Shown: in pieces, positions 33,865 to 47,024 of the stretch
Numbering within the stretch: the stretch's first letter is position 1
Layout of the letters: each line of letters begins with the position of its first letter
Assembly: GCF_001194135.2 (NCBI RefSeq)
Contig: NC_068994.1
Span: 34,723,515-34,773,267 of the forward strand
Reading direction: 5' to 3'
Length of the DNA: 49,753 nucleotides
Origin: Octopus bimaculoides
Lineage: Eukaryota
Notes under the pieces: model-generated
The model's database searches: none
Seen by the model: the letters and a program-made list of their open reading frames with translations, nothing else
What the model was told of the DNA's origin: nothing
Program-made: the position numbers and the translations under genes

Positions 33865-35009
33865 TTATCCTCTCTTTCTCTATCTCTCTGTCTATTTATC
33901 TGTGAATTTCTACCTGTCTATCCATTTCCTTGCTCCTGATAAATCTTCTACAGAACCAATGCAAAATGTGAAGTATGCTAAGAACTGATTTTAATGGATC
34001 TGCATATTTTTAGTACATTCACAAACACTTAGAAATGCCAACATGCATACGCACATGCATACAAAGGTATACATACAAACATATACAAATGCAATACATA
34101 ACACATACATACCTATACTCTAATACACATGGATACATAAAAAATGCACACTGATTTTATGCATTAGAAGCACATCTCAGCAGCATGCATAAATGCACAC
34201 ATTTACATATATGTTTGTTCTTGAAAATTATATTTAGTATCTTACCATTCATATCTCTTGCATTTCAATTTATGCACAAAACCAAGCAACCATGTGTGTG
34301 TGAGTGTCTGTATTTATCCATATTTTTCATATATATATATATATATATATATANNNNNNNNNNNNNNNNNNNNNNNNNNNNNNNNNNNNNNNNNNNNNNN
34401 NNNNNNNNNNNNNNNNNNNNNNNNNNNNNNNNNNNNNNNNNNNNNNNNNNNNNNNNNNNNNNNNNNNNNNNNNNNNNNNNNNNNNNNNNNNNNNNNNNNN
34501 NNNNNNNNNNNNNNNNNNNNNNNNNNNNNNNNNNNNNNNNNNNNNNNNNNNNNNNNNNNNNNNNNNNNNNNNNNNNNNNNNNNNNNNNNNNNNNNNNNNN
34601 NNNNNNNNNNNNNNNNNNNNNNNNNNNNNNNNNNNNNNNNNNNNNNNNNNNNNNNNNNNNNNNNNNNNNNNNNNNNNNNNNNNNNNNNNNNNNNNNNNNN
34701 NNNNNNNNNNNNNNNNNNNNNNNNNNNNNNNNNNNNNNNNNNNNNNNNNNNNNNNNNNNNNNNNNNNNNNNNNNNNNNNNNNNNNNNNNNNNNNNNNNNN
34801 NNNNNNNNNNNNNNNNNNNNNNNNNNNNNNNNNNNNNNNNNNNNNNNNNNNNNNNNNNNNNNNNNNNNNNNNNNNNNNNNNNNNNNNNNNNNNNNNNNNN
34901 NNNNNNNNNNNNNNNNNNNNNNNNNNNNNNNNNNNNNNNNNNNNNNNNNNNNNNNNNNNNNNNNNNNNNNNNNNNNNNNNNNNNNNNNNNNNNNNNNNNN
35001 NNNNNNNNN

Positions 35010-35199
35010 CATATTACAAATTACAAATTATAAATTGCTGGATACTCCATCTCTTCAGGGTCGCATTATTGCCATCACCAATACTACTATTATTAGCAAA
35101 ACACACACATCATCAAAGAGGGTGGAAGAAAATCGACGGTACGCAACCTACCATCGTTATTTTCTCATCGTTAATTTATAATTTGTAATTTGTAATATG
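35010..35199. mobile_element. MITE-like element: perfect 27-bp inverted repeats around a 136-bp CpG-rich core; left end runs into an N-gap
   Basis: CATATTACAAATTACAAATTATAAATT (35010-35036) / exact reverse complement at 35173-35199. Confidence 0.7.
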
Positions 35200-35584
35200 T
35201 TGTAATATGTTACAATATTTTATGAGACATCTTATGATGTGGTTTATTTATCCTGGATACCCTATTGAAATGTGCATAGGTTTGGCTAATTGTGGTTGTT
35301 TCTGCTATTATAATTGTTGCTGCAATAAAGTATCTTCAATGCATCGATTTTGAGCTCTATCTTTTAAGAGACACATATATATATATATATATATACACGA
35401 CTCTCTTATTCTTTCATTCTTTCTTTCTTTCAGTCCCTTCACACTTACTTCATTCTTTCTATCACTCCCCCTTTCTCACATTTCCTGGCCTTCCCTTCAT
35501 TCTCACCTTCCTCCCTCTTTCACTCGTAGACTAATGACAATCATTTACAATACACACACACACAGATAGATAGAAAGAAAGAAA

Positions 35585-35740
35585 GAATGGGCTTCTTTCA
35601 ATTTCCATCTTCTAAATGTACTCACAACATTGGTTGGCATAGGACTATAGGAGAAGACACTAGTCCAAGGTGCCATGCAGTGGGAATGAACCCCAAATCG
35701 CTTGGTTGAGAAGCAAACTACTTTAATGTCACAGCCACAT
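35585..35740 (-). mobile_element. family A SINE head/core
   Basis: GGGCTTCTTTCAATTTCCATC...GGTGCCATGCAGTGGGAATGAACCC. Confidence 0.75.
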
Positions 35741-36019
35741 CTACATCTATATACATCCATTAATCTCCAAATAATCCAGTGATGAAAGTATCAATGTAAT
35801 GTTCAGATCAAATGTGGTTGAATGTCATCAGCAGATTCAACAGGATGTCTTTAGCCAGACTGAGTGTCTATTATGAACCTCAGAGAATGGCTTCTGAATT
35901 GCAGGGCCTTGATAAATGACATGAAACAAGGGACAGCAACTATCCATATCTTGTACTGATTGCCATGGCATACACTGATTTAACTCTACGACTGCAACCC
36001 CTCATATATATATATATAA

Positions 36020-36147
36020 CAGGCTTCATTCAGTTTCCATCTACGAAATCCACTCATAAGGCTTTGATCTGCCCAAGGTACCATGCAGTGGGGCTGAACT
36101 CAGATTCATGCGGTCGGGAAGAAAGTTTCTTACTACACAGCCATGCC

Positions 36148-36152
<5 letters not shown>
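36020..36152 (-). mobile_element. family A SINE head/core
   Basis: GGCTTCATTCAGTTTCCATCTAC...CCATGCAGTGGGGCTGAACTC. Confidence 0.75.
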
Positions 36153-36218
<66 letters not shown>

Positions 36219-36639
36219 TTTTCCAAGAAAAAGGGTGACAGTGATTTCAAAGGTTTGGCCTGATATCATCAGTCCAATGTAACTGTTACCCTTGACTTGT
36301 AGAAATATAATACACACACACACACACACACATATATACTCTCCAAAAGAATTGATTAATTCTTCAGATTAATCTTGAATTGTTTTTATTATAACTCAGC
36401 GTAGAGATAAACATTTTGATATATATATGTATATATTTATAGGTATGTTTGGTTTAACAATGATGAGAAAGATATCTCAATATATAAAACAGAATGTGTA
36501 TATACATATCTAACGAGTTAATGTGTATTTATTGTTTCTTTATTTGCTGAAACTATTACATGAGTGCACAAAAGGGCTAGAATTTTAAGCTAAGACATAA
36601 TCAAAGTGAGGTACAGGAACACACACATTTATTATAGTG

Positions 36640-36878
36640 TGTGTGTGTGTACGTACACATATATATGTCATATACTTAGCATGCATGCATATACATACAC
36701 ACACACACACACACATATATACATATGTATATATATAGATATACATATATATACATATACATATATATACATATATATACATATATATATACATATATAT
36801 ACATATATATACATATATATATACATATATACATATATATACATATACATATACATATATATACATATATATATATAC

Positions 36879-36919
<41 letters not shown>

Positions 36920-37015
36920 TATACATATATATATATACATATATATATATACATACATATATATACATATATCTATATACATATATATACATATATCTAT
37001 ATACATATATATACA

Positions 37016-37047
<32 letters not shown>

Positions 37048-37051
37048 CATA
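36640..37051. repeat. (TATACA)n/(TA)n microsatellite running into a gap
   Basis: direct inspection. Confidence 0.95.
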
Positions 37052-38124
37052 NNNNNNNNNNNNNNNNNNNNNNNNNNNNNNNNNNNNNNNNNNNNNNNNN
37101 NNNNNNNNNNNNNNNNNNNNNNNNNNNNNNNNNNNNNNNNNNNNNNNNNNNNNNNNNNNNNNNNNNNNNNNNNNNNNNNNNNNNNNNNNNNNNNNNNNNN
37201 NNNNNNNNNNNNNNNNNNNNNNNNNNNNNNNNNNNNNNNNNNNNNNNNNNNNNNNNNNNNNNNNNNNNNNNNNNNNNNNNNNNNNNNNNNNNNNNNNNNN
37301 NNNNNNNNNNNNNNNNNNNNNNNNNNNNNNNNNNNNNNNNNNNNNNNNNNNNNNNNNNNNNNNNTATATATATACAAACACACACATATATGTGCATTTG
37401 TTGTATGTAAAGCATGGAATTTATACTTATGTGTGTATTTACACACACACACATATACACAATCTATTTCTTTGTATCTCTCACTTCCTCCTTTTCTCTC
37501 TCTCTTTCTCTCTCTATCTCTCTCGCTTGCTCTCTCTCTCTCTCTCTCAGACAACACAAGAAATCGGATGCAAACAGAAAATGTCATACAACATTTTCAG
37601 TGTAAACTTTGAAGTCGTAAACTTTCAATAAAGTAGATGATACAAAGGCCAAACTAGCATCACACACTCCAGTAAGCCTGACTATGCACCTGCAGCAAAC
37701 AACTATTGTAATGCATCACTTAACAACAGAACAGAACAACAGAATACAACACAAGCAATCAATAGCAAAAATTCTTTAAAACATTCACAACTATTATAAG
37801 ATCCTAAGCATAAAGAAGTCAATTCTGATATCCCCAAACGAGCATATAAATCAACACTCAAACACATAACTAATAATTAGAGAAAGCGTTAAAATGTCCT
37901 CCCCATTTCTCTTTCTGCCACCTCATCCCAACACCATCCATTGATGCCAATCGCTTCCAATCTCTCTCATAACACTCCTCTTTAAAATAACCAATAGCAA
38001 CTCTGATTAGAAATGATAGAGAAACAAAACACACTTAACATCTGTCACTCTGTGGCTGGACACCTTAATGATAAGGTCAGATGACATTGGAAAATATCAA
38101 TAAAATGTAGATGGGAACACTTTA

Positions 38125-38126
38125 TA

Positions 38127-38188
<62 letters not shown>

Positions 38189-38248
38189 TAAACATGAATA
38201 TATATACATCTATATATACACAGACAAGAATATCTGTTCAGGCATTTT

Positions 38249-38296
<48 letters not shown>

Positions 38297-38307
38297 AGTA
38301 TTTATTA

Positions 38308-38341
<34 letters not shown>

Positions 38342-38614
38342 ATGTATACTTATATGTACACACACACACATATATGCATACACACACACTCACATAGATA
38401 TATCTATTGAGACATAGACATACATATATACACAAACATACAAATGTATATACGCACATACTTATACATATATATGCAAATACACACATATATATTTATA
38501 TATATATATATATATACATATACATACATACATGTGTATATATATATATATATATACATATACATACATACATATATGTGTATATATACATATACATACA
38601 TACATATATGTGTA

Positions 38615-38656
<42 letters not shown>

Positions 38657-38780
38657 CATAGATGCATACATATACACATACACACACATATGTACACACA
38701 TACACATACATATCTATTTATACATACAAACATTAGATACATACACACACACACCTATATATGTATACATCTATATGCAC
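38125..38780. repeat. compound TA/TG/CA microsatellite field
   Basis: direct inspection. Confidence 0.95.
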
Positions 38781-39099
38781 ACATATTACAAAACACAGCT
38801 CTGATCTGTTCTGCTCACAATTACAACAAAGAAAGTTTATGAAGAGGTTTGAAAAATTATAAAATAAAATAAAATACGATATTGCCAAGAGGGTGAAGTA
38901 GACAAAATTTTTGATGGAATTCTACCCGCTTCAGAAATAGCTACTCTTCAAACAAATGTGAGTGTGTCTGTATGCGTGTGTTTTTGTGTGTGTATATGTG
39001 AGTATGTGTGTGTGTTTGTGTGTATGTGAGTATGTGTGTGTGTTTGTGTGTAATGAGTGCAGTAAAGGGGGGAATGTATCTACAAATTTGTGTTTGTGG

Positions 39100-39136
<37 letters not shown>

Positions 39137-39303
39137 AAGGCAAGAAAGACAAAGCAAGTGAGATGTAGAGATTGAATTATAGAAAGAGAGAGGACAGTGT
39201 AAAAGAACTCTTGTGCTCTCTCTCTTTCTCTCTATCTATCTATCTCTCTGACAAGGAGAGAGAAGGGGGGAAGAGAGCAAAAGAACAAAATTGAAAGACA
39301 ACG

Positions 39304-39356
<53 letters not shown>

Positions 39357-40061
39357 AAAGAGAGGGAGAGAGAGGGAATAGCGTTGACCATGGAGGATAC
39401 TTGATGATTGGTAGAGTGGAGAGGAAAAGGCAATGGGAAGGAGAATGCTTTTGAAACTGGTCATAATGATTTGGTTGCTATGAAGTCATAGAGAAAATTA
39501 TCTCAGTGATCTTATGATGTAAACTTCAAGCGAATGTGAGTCAGGATAAAGGCTGGTCACATATGAGTCAGATGGATTAGTTTAGTACATGTTATATAGA
39601 GAGAGAAAACAGAGAGAGAGAAAGAGGGTTGGGAAAGAGAGTGAGGAAGAGAAAGACAATGCAATGAGTTGGTAGAGACTGTAATGAGACGAAATATGAA
39701 ATATTAGACTGTAAAGGGTCAAAAGGTGCAGTGTATAGGACAAGGGAAGAACCAAAGCATGGTCACACTGGACAGCTTTCCAGGGTTTTCGTAGGTTTAA
39801 GGGTCCAATGATAACCTACGTTTACTATGGATTACTATCAATAGGTAAATATCCTTGGCAAGGGCTTTGGCACCACTTCATTCAAGGGCCTATAACGTGG
39901 TTAAGAAATCCCTGCACAAAAGAGATGGATTAGTACAGACCATAAAGAGACAGGCTGTAAGAATCTCATGTGGGACATTCTATAAGGTTGGTTGCTCTGC
40001 TAGAAATAGCACTAAAAGGAAGGCTATATTGGATAATGTAGTGCTAGAAAAAAAAGAATGA

Positions 40062-40460
40062 TGGCAGTTTGATTAAGAAACATCCTTTGCAACCATATGG
40101 TTTCAGGTTCAGTCTCACTGTGCAGCACCTTGTGCAAGAAACTTCTATCATATAGCCGGACCAATGTCTTTTTAGTGAATTTGGTAGAAAGAAACTGCAT
40201 GGAAATCCATCGTGTGTGTGTATAAATGACTGTGTGTGACTTTCTATCTGTATCTATGACCTGCCACTTGACAACTAGTGTTGGCTTATGTCCCCATAAC
40301 TTAGTGGTTCGACAAAGGGAGGAAAAAAAAAGAAGCATCAGACTTAAGTCAATTTGTCAAAAACTTAAGTCAATTTGTTCGACTAAACCCTTTCAAGATG
40401 GTGCCCCAGCATGGCCACAGTCCAATGAGTGAAACAAGTAAAAGGCAAAAGATAAATGAT
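40062..40460 (+). mobile_element. family A SINE, near full length
   Basis: GGTTTCAGGTTCAGTCTCACTG...GGTGCCCCAGCATGGCCACAGTCCAATGAGTGAAACAAGTAAAAG. Confidence 0.85.
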
Positions 40461-40849
40461 AAAGATAACGATAGAACAATCATAGCAAGAATGCTTTCAC
40501 CAAAGATATCTGTTAAATCAAAGTTAACCCAATAACAATCAATACCTGACCCCCACACCCACCCAAACACACACACACTCTTCCAACAACAGCAACTATG
40601 GGATGAATTAGTTCATACTGTACAGAAGCATATGGACAGATTAGTACACAAAATGCCCTCTGGTGGATTAGTACACACTATGCAGCACTCCAGTGAATTA
40701 ATATAGATTTTGCTGTAATATTGGGATGGATTGCAGCTTAATGTACAAGGATAATGGGATGTATTGGTTCAAAATATACAAATGGATTAAAGAGACAATG
40801 GGTATTGTAGTAATGTAGTTTACTGTAAGCTGTATGTATGAGTGTAAGC

Positions 40850-41030
40850 ATGGTCGTGTGGCTGTGTGGTTAATGATTTTTGCTTGACAATCACATAATT
40901 CTGGGTTTGATTCTATTTCTATTGAATGCAAATTGAGTAAACGTCTTCTACTATAACCTTGAACTGACCAACGCGCTCCTTGTGAATGCAGTTTGGTTGC
41001 CTGTAACTGTGTTGAAGTGCAGCATTTATC
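40850..41030 (+). mobile_element. family A SINE head/core (degenerate)
   Basis: TGGCTGTGTGGTTAATGA...GGGTTTGATTC...GTCTTCTACTATAACC. Confidence 0.65.
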
Positions 41031-41129
41031 ATATACATTACACAATTATATATGCAGAACCATACACATGCATACGTATATCTTGTATTCATATCTGCAT
41101 ATATGATTGAAACACCATTGGTTTTGATG

Positions 41130-41430
41130 ACAAGAATTCCAGTTGATCTGATCAATAGAACAGCCAGCTTGTGAAATTAGCATGCAAGTGGCTGAACACT
41201 CCACAGATACACATACCCTTAATATAGTTCTCAGAGAGATTCAGCATGACACAGAATGTGACGAGGCTAGTCCTTTGAAATACAGGTAAAATTCATTTTT
41301 GCCAGTTGAGTCGACTGGAACAATGTGAAATAAAGTGTCTTGCCCAAGAATGCAACATACTGCCAAGAATCAAACACACATCTTTATGATCATGTGCTGA
41401 ATACCCTAACTACTAAACCACATGCCTTCA
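41130..41430 (-). mobile_element. family C SINE with a different 3' tail
   Basis: ATTCATTTTTGCCAG.TGAGT.GACTGGAACAATGTGAAATAAAGTGTCTTGC core (rc of the 3622 body). Confidence 0.75.
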
Positions 41431-41634
41431 TGTGTGTGTGCGTGTGTGTAAAATAGAGAGCAGTCACCATATTTTCTTTCCTAACTGCCATCTCTGAGGA
41501 GTGCAGTGTTACATAATCAGGCTGTTATCTAACATCACATTGAACCCCTAGTAGGAAACCAATTAGTAATATCGGTCATAATGGATATATGATACTGTAC
41601 AGTTCAATCAATAAACACACACACACACACACGT

Positions 41635-42030
41635 AGGTGTAGGCATCACTGTATTGTTAAGAAGCTTACTTTGCAACCATATGGTTTTGGGGTTTAATCC
41701 TGCTGCTCAGTATCTATGGCATGTGTCTTCTACTATAGTGACCAATGGTGTGAGTGAATTTATTAGATGTAAATTGTGTGAAAGCCCATCATGTATACAC
41801 ACACGTGCATACACATGTATATATGTATACGTAAATGTGTGTGCATGTGTAACTTCGTGTTTGTCCCCACTCTCCAGCTTGACAACTGGTGTTGGTTTGT
41901 TTACATCTATATCACTTATAGGTTCAGCAAAAGAGCTTGATAGAATAAGTACTAGACTAGGACAATTTGACTGAACTCCTCAAGGTAGTGGCCCACCATG
42001 GCTATAGCCCAACAACTGAAACAAGTAAAT
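41635..42030 (+). mobile_element. family A SINE, near full length
   Basis: head, core, TA/TG linker and tail all present. Confidence 0.8.
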
Positions 42031-42124
42031 GAAAAAATATATTTTTATATACACACACATGTGCAAACACAAACATACAAATAAGCATACATGTAAATGA
42101 CAGGTATCCCAGTTTTTAAAACAG

Positions 42125-42240
42125 ACATCTGCTGGTGGCATGTTAAAAGCACTCAGCACAATTTGTCAAATGGCTGGGGTTAAGAAGGGTATCAAGCTGT
42201 AAAAACCATGCCACATCGATGCAGCTTGGCACCTGTGATG
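42125..42240 (+). mobile_element. family D fragment
   Basis: GGTGGCATGTTAAAAGCAC...TAAGAAGGGTATCAAGCTGTAAAAACC. Confidence 0.55.
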
Positions 42241-42244
42241 AAGC

Positions 42245-42390
42245 AACTTATTTCTACAGCTGAGTGAACTGAAGCAATGTGAAATAAAGTGTCTTGCTCA
42301 AGAACACAACACACAGTCCGGTCCAGGATTTGAACTCACAACCTCATGATCGTAAGCTCGACACTAACCACTGAGCCATGTGCCTTCACA
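42245..42390 (-). mobile_element. family C SINE head and core
   Basis: rc: TGGCTCAGTGGTTAG...GTGAGTTCAAATCC...TTGAGCAAGACACTT...CACTCAGCTGTAGAAA. Confidence 0.8.
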
Positions 42391-42733
42391 TCATATGCAT
42401 ATAATCACTTTATATATGTATAAGGTAACTAAAAGAGTTGATGTCAGAAAGAACATCAAACCACAATACACTACTTCAAAATGTTCAATCTAACTCATGT
42501 TAACATGGAAAAGATGATATGTTTCTGTGTATGTGTCTGAGTACATGCATATTGTTTTTCACCAATGTATTCTATAGTAAGTAACCCAAAATGGTGATAT
42601 TCTGGAACAATTGTGCCTCGAACGGTGTTAGTTCCATATCAAGCTGCAGAGACAATGGCTTGTCTCAGCAGTTCCTCATCAGGAATGTAAAAGCCTTAAA
42701 CCGTGTATACTATTGTTTACCAAGTCAAACTAA

Positions 42734-42764
<31 letters not shown>

Positions 42765-43111
42765 CGCACACATGCACACATATATGTAAATGATGGCATT
42801 ATATTAGTACATTTGTACTAAATATTATACATTTATGATAATGATGGTAGATTTTTATTTTTCATAGTTTATTTTCATTGAGAAGCTTTGGGTTTTTAAA
42901 TATTTACTTAAATGACATACCTCTATGAAAGATATGTATGTACATGTATGCATAAATATCATGAAAATATAAGGTGTGGGAGTAAGTGTATCTTACAATC
43001 ATGAATGCAACACACTACCCAGCAGGGCATATGCTTTCAGTCAAATACTGGGGTCAGTGTAAGTGACTTCCCCCTCCCTTCAAAATAGCTAACCTTGTGC
43101 CAAAATTAGAA

Positions 43112-43870
43112 TTTATTATTGAATGAGAAAGTAGTGCATGCTGTCAAAGTGACACTGGATACAAAGATTTGAAGTCCAATATACCCATCACAACTACCTT
43201 GCTCATAAGGATACACCAGGCATATGCATCATAACCATATGTGTGCAACATGGTGATCTCATATCAAGATAAACAGTGCATGACTTTGCAGGTGGAGCCC
43301 AGTTATTATTATTATTATTATTATTAGCATGCTATCAAAGTGACACTGGGGTAAAATATATGAAGCCCAGTATACCCACCATGACTACTTGTCTGATAAG
43401 GGTACACCAGGTACATGCATCACAACCATATCTGTACGACATGGTGAACTCATATCAAGATAAATAGTGCATGATCTTGCAGGTGGGGCCCAGTTAGAAT
43501 TTTCTTCAGGCTGAGTAGCCCATTCTGCTCAAAAGGTCCCTGAATAAGGGTAGTTTAAGGATGTTGAACAAAACACCCATGTTTCCATAGGTGAATTATT
43601 ATTCAAGGCTCTAAGAATTCCTCTCAACACATGGCTATGATGCTCTGCCACTACTTCTGCTTATGTTCAGAGATGTGCATATCACCAGTCACTTAGGGAC
43701 ACGCTCAACTGGTTAAGGTCAAGCAACTGACAAGTAAATCTGTGGTATTGAGCAGAATATTTGCTGCAACCCAGCTTTTATACCAAGACAAAACAATATA
43801 CAAGATAACATTTCCAGTCAGTTAAAATCAGAAGCCATGAGAGCTATTGCCTGGTACTGCATCCGGGCAT
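43112..43870 (-). mobile_element. Family E: ~555-bp element (43314-43870) plus a tandem partial copy (43112-43313), bounded by (TAA)n
   Basis: 43136-43313 duplicates 43328-43505; (TTA)n at 43112, 43313-43326 and ~43870; third copy at 4705. Confidence 0.8.
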
Positions 43871-43879
43871 TTATTATTA

Positions 43880-44040
43880 TTGTTATCATTATTTCTGAAT
43901 TGAAATTCCACCAAGGAATACTTCGCCTTTCATCCCTTCAAGGTTGATAATATAAAGTACCAGCCAAATAAAGGAGTTAATGGTATCAATTAGTCCTCTC
44001 CCTTAAAAATTGCTTGCCTTATGACTAAATCAGGAATCAT
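43880..44040 (+). mobile_element. family B SINE (degenerate)
   Basis: AAATTCCACC.AGG...GCCTTTCATCCC..AAGTACCAG. Confidence 0.6.
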
Positions 44041-44322
44041 TTTTATTGTTGATGTTGTTATTGCAAACCTCATCACCAAGATATTATAATTTTGGGAAAA
44101 TAAATTATCATATTTACTCTTATTATCATCATCATCATCTTCATCATCAAGACTGACACAATTGTCATCATCACCACCAACCCCACCGCCATTCTTATCA
44201 TCATTACCACCACCGGCATCATCATCTTAAATAATGTCACCCTGATCACCAGTGTTATCATCATTGCCAACATTGTCGTTGTATTTCATGGAGAGAGAGA
44301 GAAAGTGAGAGTGCTGACAATG

Positions 44323-44359
<37 letters not shown>

Positions 44360-44680
44360 ATATCCAAGTTTGTCTCCAAGCTGCCTCTTTAAGCAGCTTG
44401 TATATGCATACACGCACGCATACACACACACAGACACACACACATATATATGTATGTATATATAGCACTCATTGAAACACTTTGGAAAGGTTATAATTCG
44501 ATAATCTGATGATGTATTATTACCATAAGCAGTAAAGATTGATTGAAATATCAACCTCATCTTTGTATTTCTAATTTCTTCTACTCCACATTATGATTGT
44601 TATAGTCTTTTTATTAGTGTGTGTGTGCGTGCGTGTGTGTGTGTGTGCGTGTGTGTGTGTGTGTGTGTGTNNNNNNNNNN

Positions 44681-44726
<46 letters not shown>

Positions 44727-44959
44727 ATGTATTGTTTTATTTTCTTATTGCATTTTTCTTTGTTACCTGTTTTTTTGGTAGGTGTTTTTGTTCTTTTATT
44801 ATTAAAAGTTGGCATAGTCTTACAAACATGTCACATTTAAAATCCATCCACCTGAGAAAAACGAGAAAGAGAGAGTGAGAGAGAGAAAGGAAGAAAGAAA
44901 GAAAGAAAGAAAAAGGAAAGGAAGAAAGAAAGAAAGAAAGAAAGAAAGATCGAAAGCAA

Positions 44960-45350
44960 GGAAGAAGGAAAGAAACTGTTTTCTACTCGTTTCATCACGT
45001 CGACACCCTATAACAATCCCTATCCCATCGATCGGCAACCACCACTACGATGACAGCGACCACCAGTACCACGACGACGACGACGACGATGATGATGATG
45101 ATAACAATGATGATGGTAGCAATGAGCTCCGTTCAATTTCAGTTTCCCTCTACTAATAACTGCATGCAATGACTTCTCCTCCAATGACCTAGTTTCACTT
45201 CTACAATATTCGTTTCAGAAAGCACATATGAATATATATGTATATCCTGTCACATTGGGCTGATTGATTGATTAACGAGCACAAATAACTGCATATCGAT
45301 GAATACAAAGAGACACAGAGCGAAAGAGAGAAAGGAGAAGAGAGTGAGAG
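44960..45350. promoter_or_regulatory. CpG-rich non-repeat patch (possible unmethylated/regulatory region)
   Basis: about 19 CpG by hand count in ~390 bp (6 from a GAC run), versus ~2 per kb at 18-19 kb. Confidence 0.35.
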
Positions 45351-45625
45351 TCAGTGAGAGGGAGGGAGGGAGGGAGNNNNNNNNNNNNNNNNNNNNNNNN
45401 NNNNNNNNNNNNNNNNNNNNNNNNNNNNNNNNNNNNNNNNNNNNNNNNNNNNNNNNNNNNNNNNNNNNNNNNNNNNNNNNNNNNNNNNNNNNNNNNNNNN
45501 NNNNNNNNNNNNNNNNNNNNNNNNNNNNNNNNNNNNNNNNNNNNNNNNNNNNNNNNNNNNNNNNNNNNNNNNNNNNNNNNNNNNNNNNNNNNNNNNNNNN
45601 NNNNNNNNNNNNNNNNNNNNNNNNN

Positions 45626-45691
<66 letters not shown>

Positions 45692-45692
45692 C

Positions 45693-45725
<33 letters not shown>

Positions 45726-46344
45726 CATACATACATACATACATATATATATATGCATACATACATACATACTAACATATACTCCTATATCAATGTACAC
45801 CATTCCGCACCATACACATACACTTAAACACAATATAGAAACACAAAAAACATTAAAATAAAAAACAAAATGAATACGCATACACAGATTCATATACTCA
45901 CTCACAAACACACACACGCACGCACGCACGCACATACACACACACACACATAAAGAGGTATTACTTAAAATTAAATTCTGATAAAAACATTACAACACCC
46001 CCCCCCCCCATAACCAGAAGAAGAAAAAGAAGACAGAAGATTATAGAGTAATGGTAGCAGTGATGGTGGTGATAGTAGTAGGCAGCAGTTTCCAATGTTT
46101 ATGAAACCTTGGGATGATTCCCCAATGAGTTTGGTTAGTTTGGAGGAAAAGTCATGAGTTGCATCCCTCCAGTGGCTGGTTATTAATGCCTCTGCATCCA
46201 TGGCACAATTGTGTGGAGACATAGATATATATATATATAGATATATATAAAGTGAAACATTCTTTCTCAGCGAATGAGGAGTGATTACAAGGGCTGCAGT
46301 GGGTTTCAATCTCTAGGCAGAGTTTGAACTCATGACATAGGTGC

Positions 46345-46500
46345 AGATATGCATATATCATACTTGCTTCCCAACCATGTGGTCTAGGGTCCAATATCAT
46401 TGTGTGGCACCCTGAGGAAGTGTCTTTTACTAGAACCCTGGGTTAATCAAAGCTTTGTGAGAAGATTAAGCAGGCTGAATCGGAAAGAAGACCATTGTGT
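46345..46500 (+). mobile_element. family A SINE head/core
   Basis: GCTTCCCAACCATGTGGT...GTGGCACCCTGAGGAAGTGTCTTTTACTA. Confidence 0.65.
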
Positions 46501-46529
46501 GTGTGTGTACATGTGGATATTATATAAGG

Positions 46530-46812
46530 GACCAGGAGTGGTGCTGATTTATCCATACTGACAGGCTTGTCTTTTACAGATGCCACTGCGACATAAAATG
46601 CACTCTCGCTAGTGCTGCATAAATGCACCTGTGCTAGTGGCACGTATAAGGCACCCAGCATGCTCTGTAAAATGGTTGGTGTTAGGAAGAGCATCCAGTT
46701 GAGAAACCATGCCACAACTGACAATTTGGAGTCTGGACAGTTTCTAGGCTGGCCATCTCCTGTCAAAACGTCTAACCCATGCCAGCATGGAAAACAGACG
46801 TTAAATGATGAT
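46530..46812 (+). mobile_element. family D (RTE-like) 3' fragment
   Basis: GGTTGGTGTTAGGAAGAGCATCCAG...CTAACCCATGCCAGCATGGAAAACAGACGTTAAATGATGAT. Confidence 0.8.
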
Positions 46813-47024
46813 AACACACACACACACATACATATATACATGTGTATATGTGTATGTGTGCGTGTATATATATATATATATATATATATGTGTNNNNNNN
46901 NNNNNNNNNNNNNNNNNNNNNNNNNNNNNNNNNNNNNNNNNNNNNNNNNNNNNNNNNNNNNNNNNNNTATATATATATAACTATATATAACTATATATAT
47001 ATATATATCTATCTATATATATTG

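Noticed and set aside
42590-42700. Minus-strand CTGATGAGGAAC and ORF 42591-42821
   Set aside because: No properly placed GAAA or stems for a hammerhead; the ORF has no recognisable homology.
59-46990. Dozens of long ORFs rich in Y/I/C/V/H/T or S/L/E/R
   Set aside because: They are translations of (TA)n, (CA)n, (TG)n and (CT)n tracts, which lack stop codons; there is no protein signal.
13018-46990. ORFs containing X runs (e.g. 22984-23752, 34185-35188, 36585-37631, 45250-45947)
   Set aside because: They span assembly gaps (N at 5883-5901, 13082-13181, 23027-23620, 27857-27893, 34354-35009, 37052-37364, 44671-44680, 45377-45625, 46894-46967).
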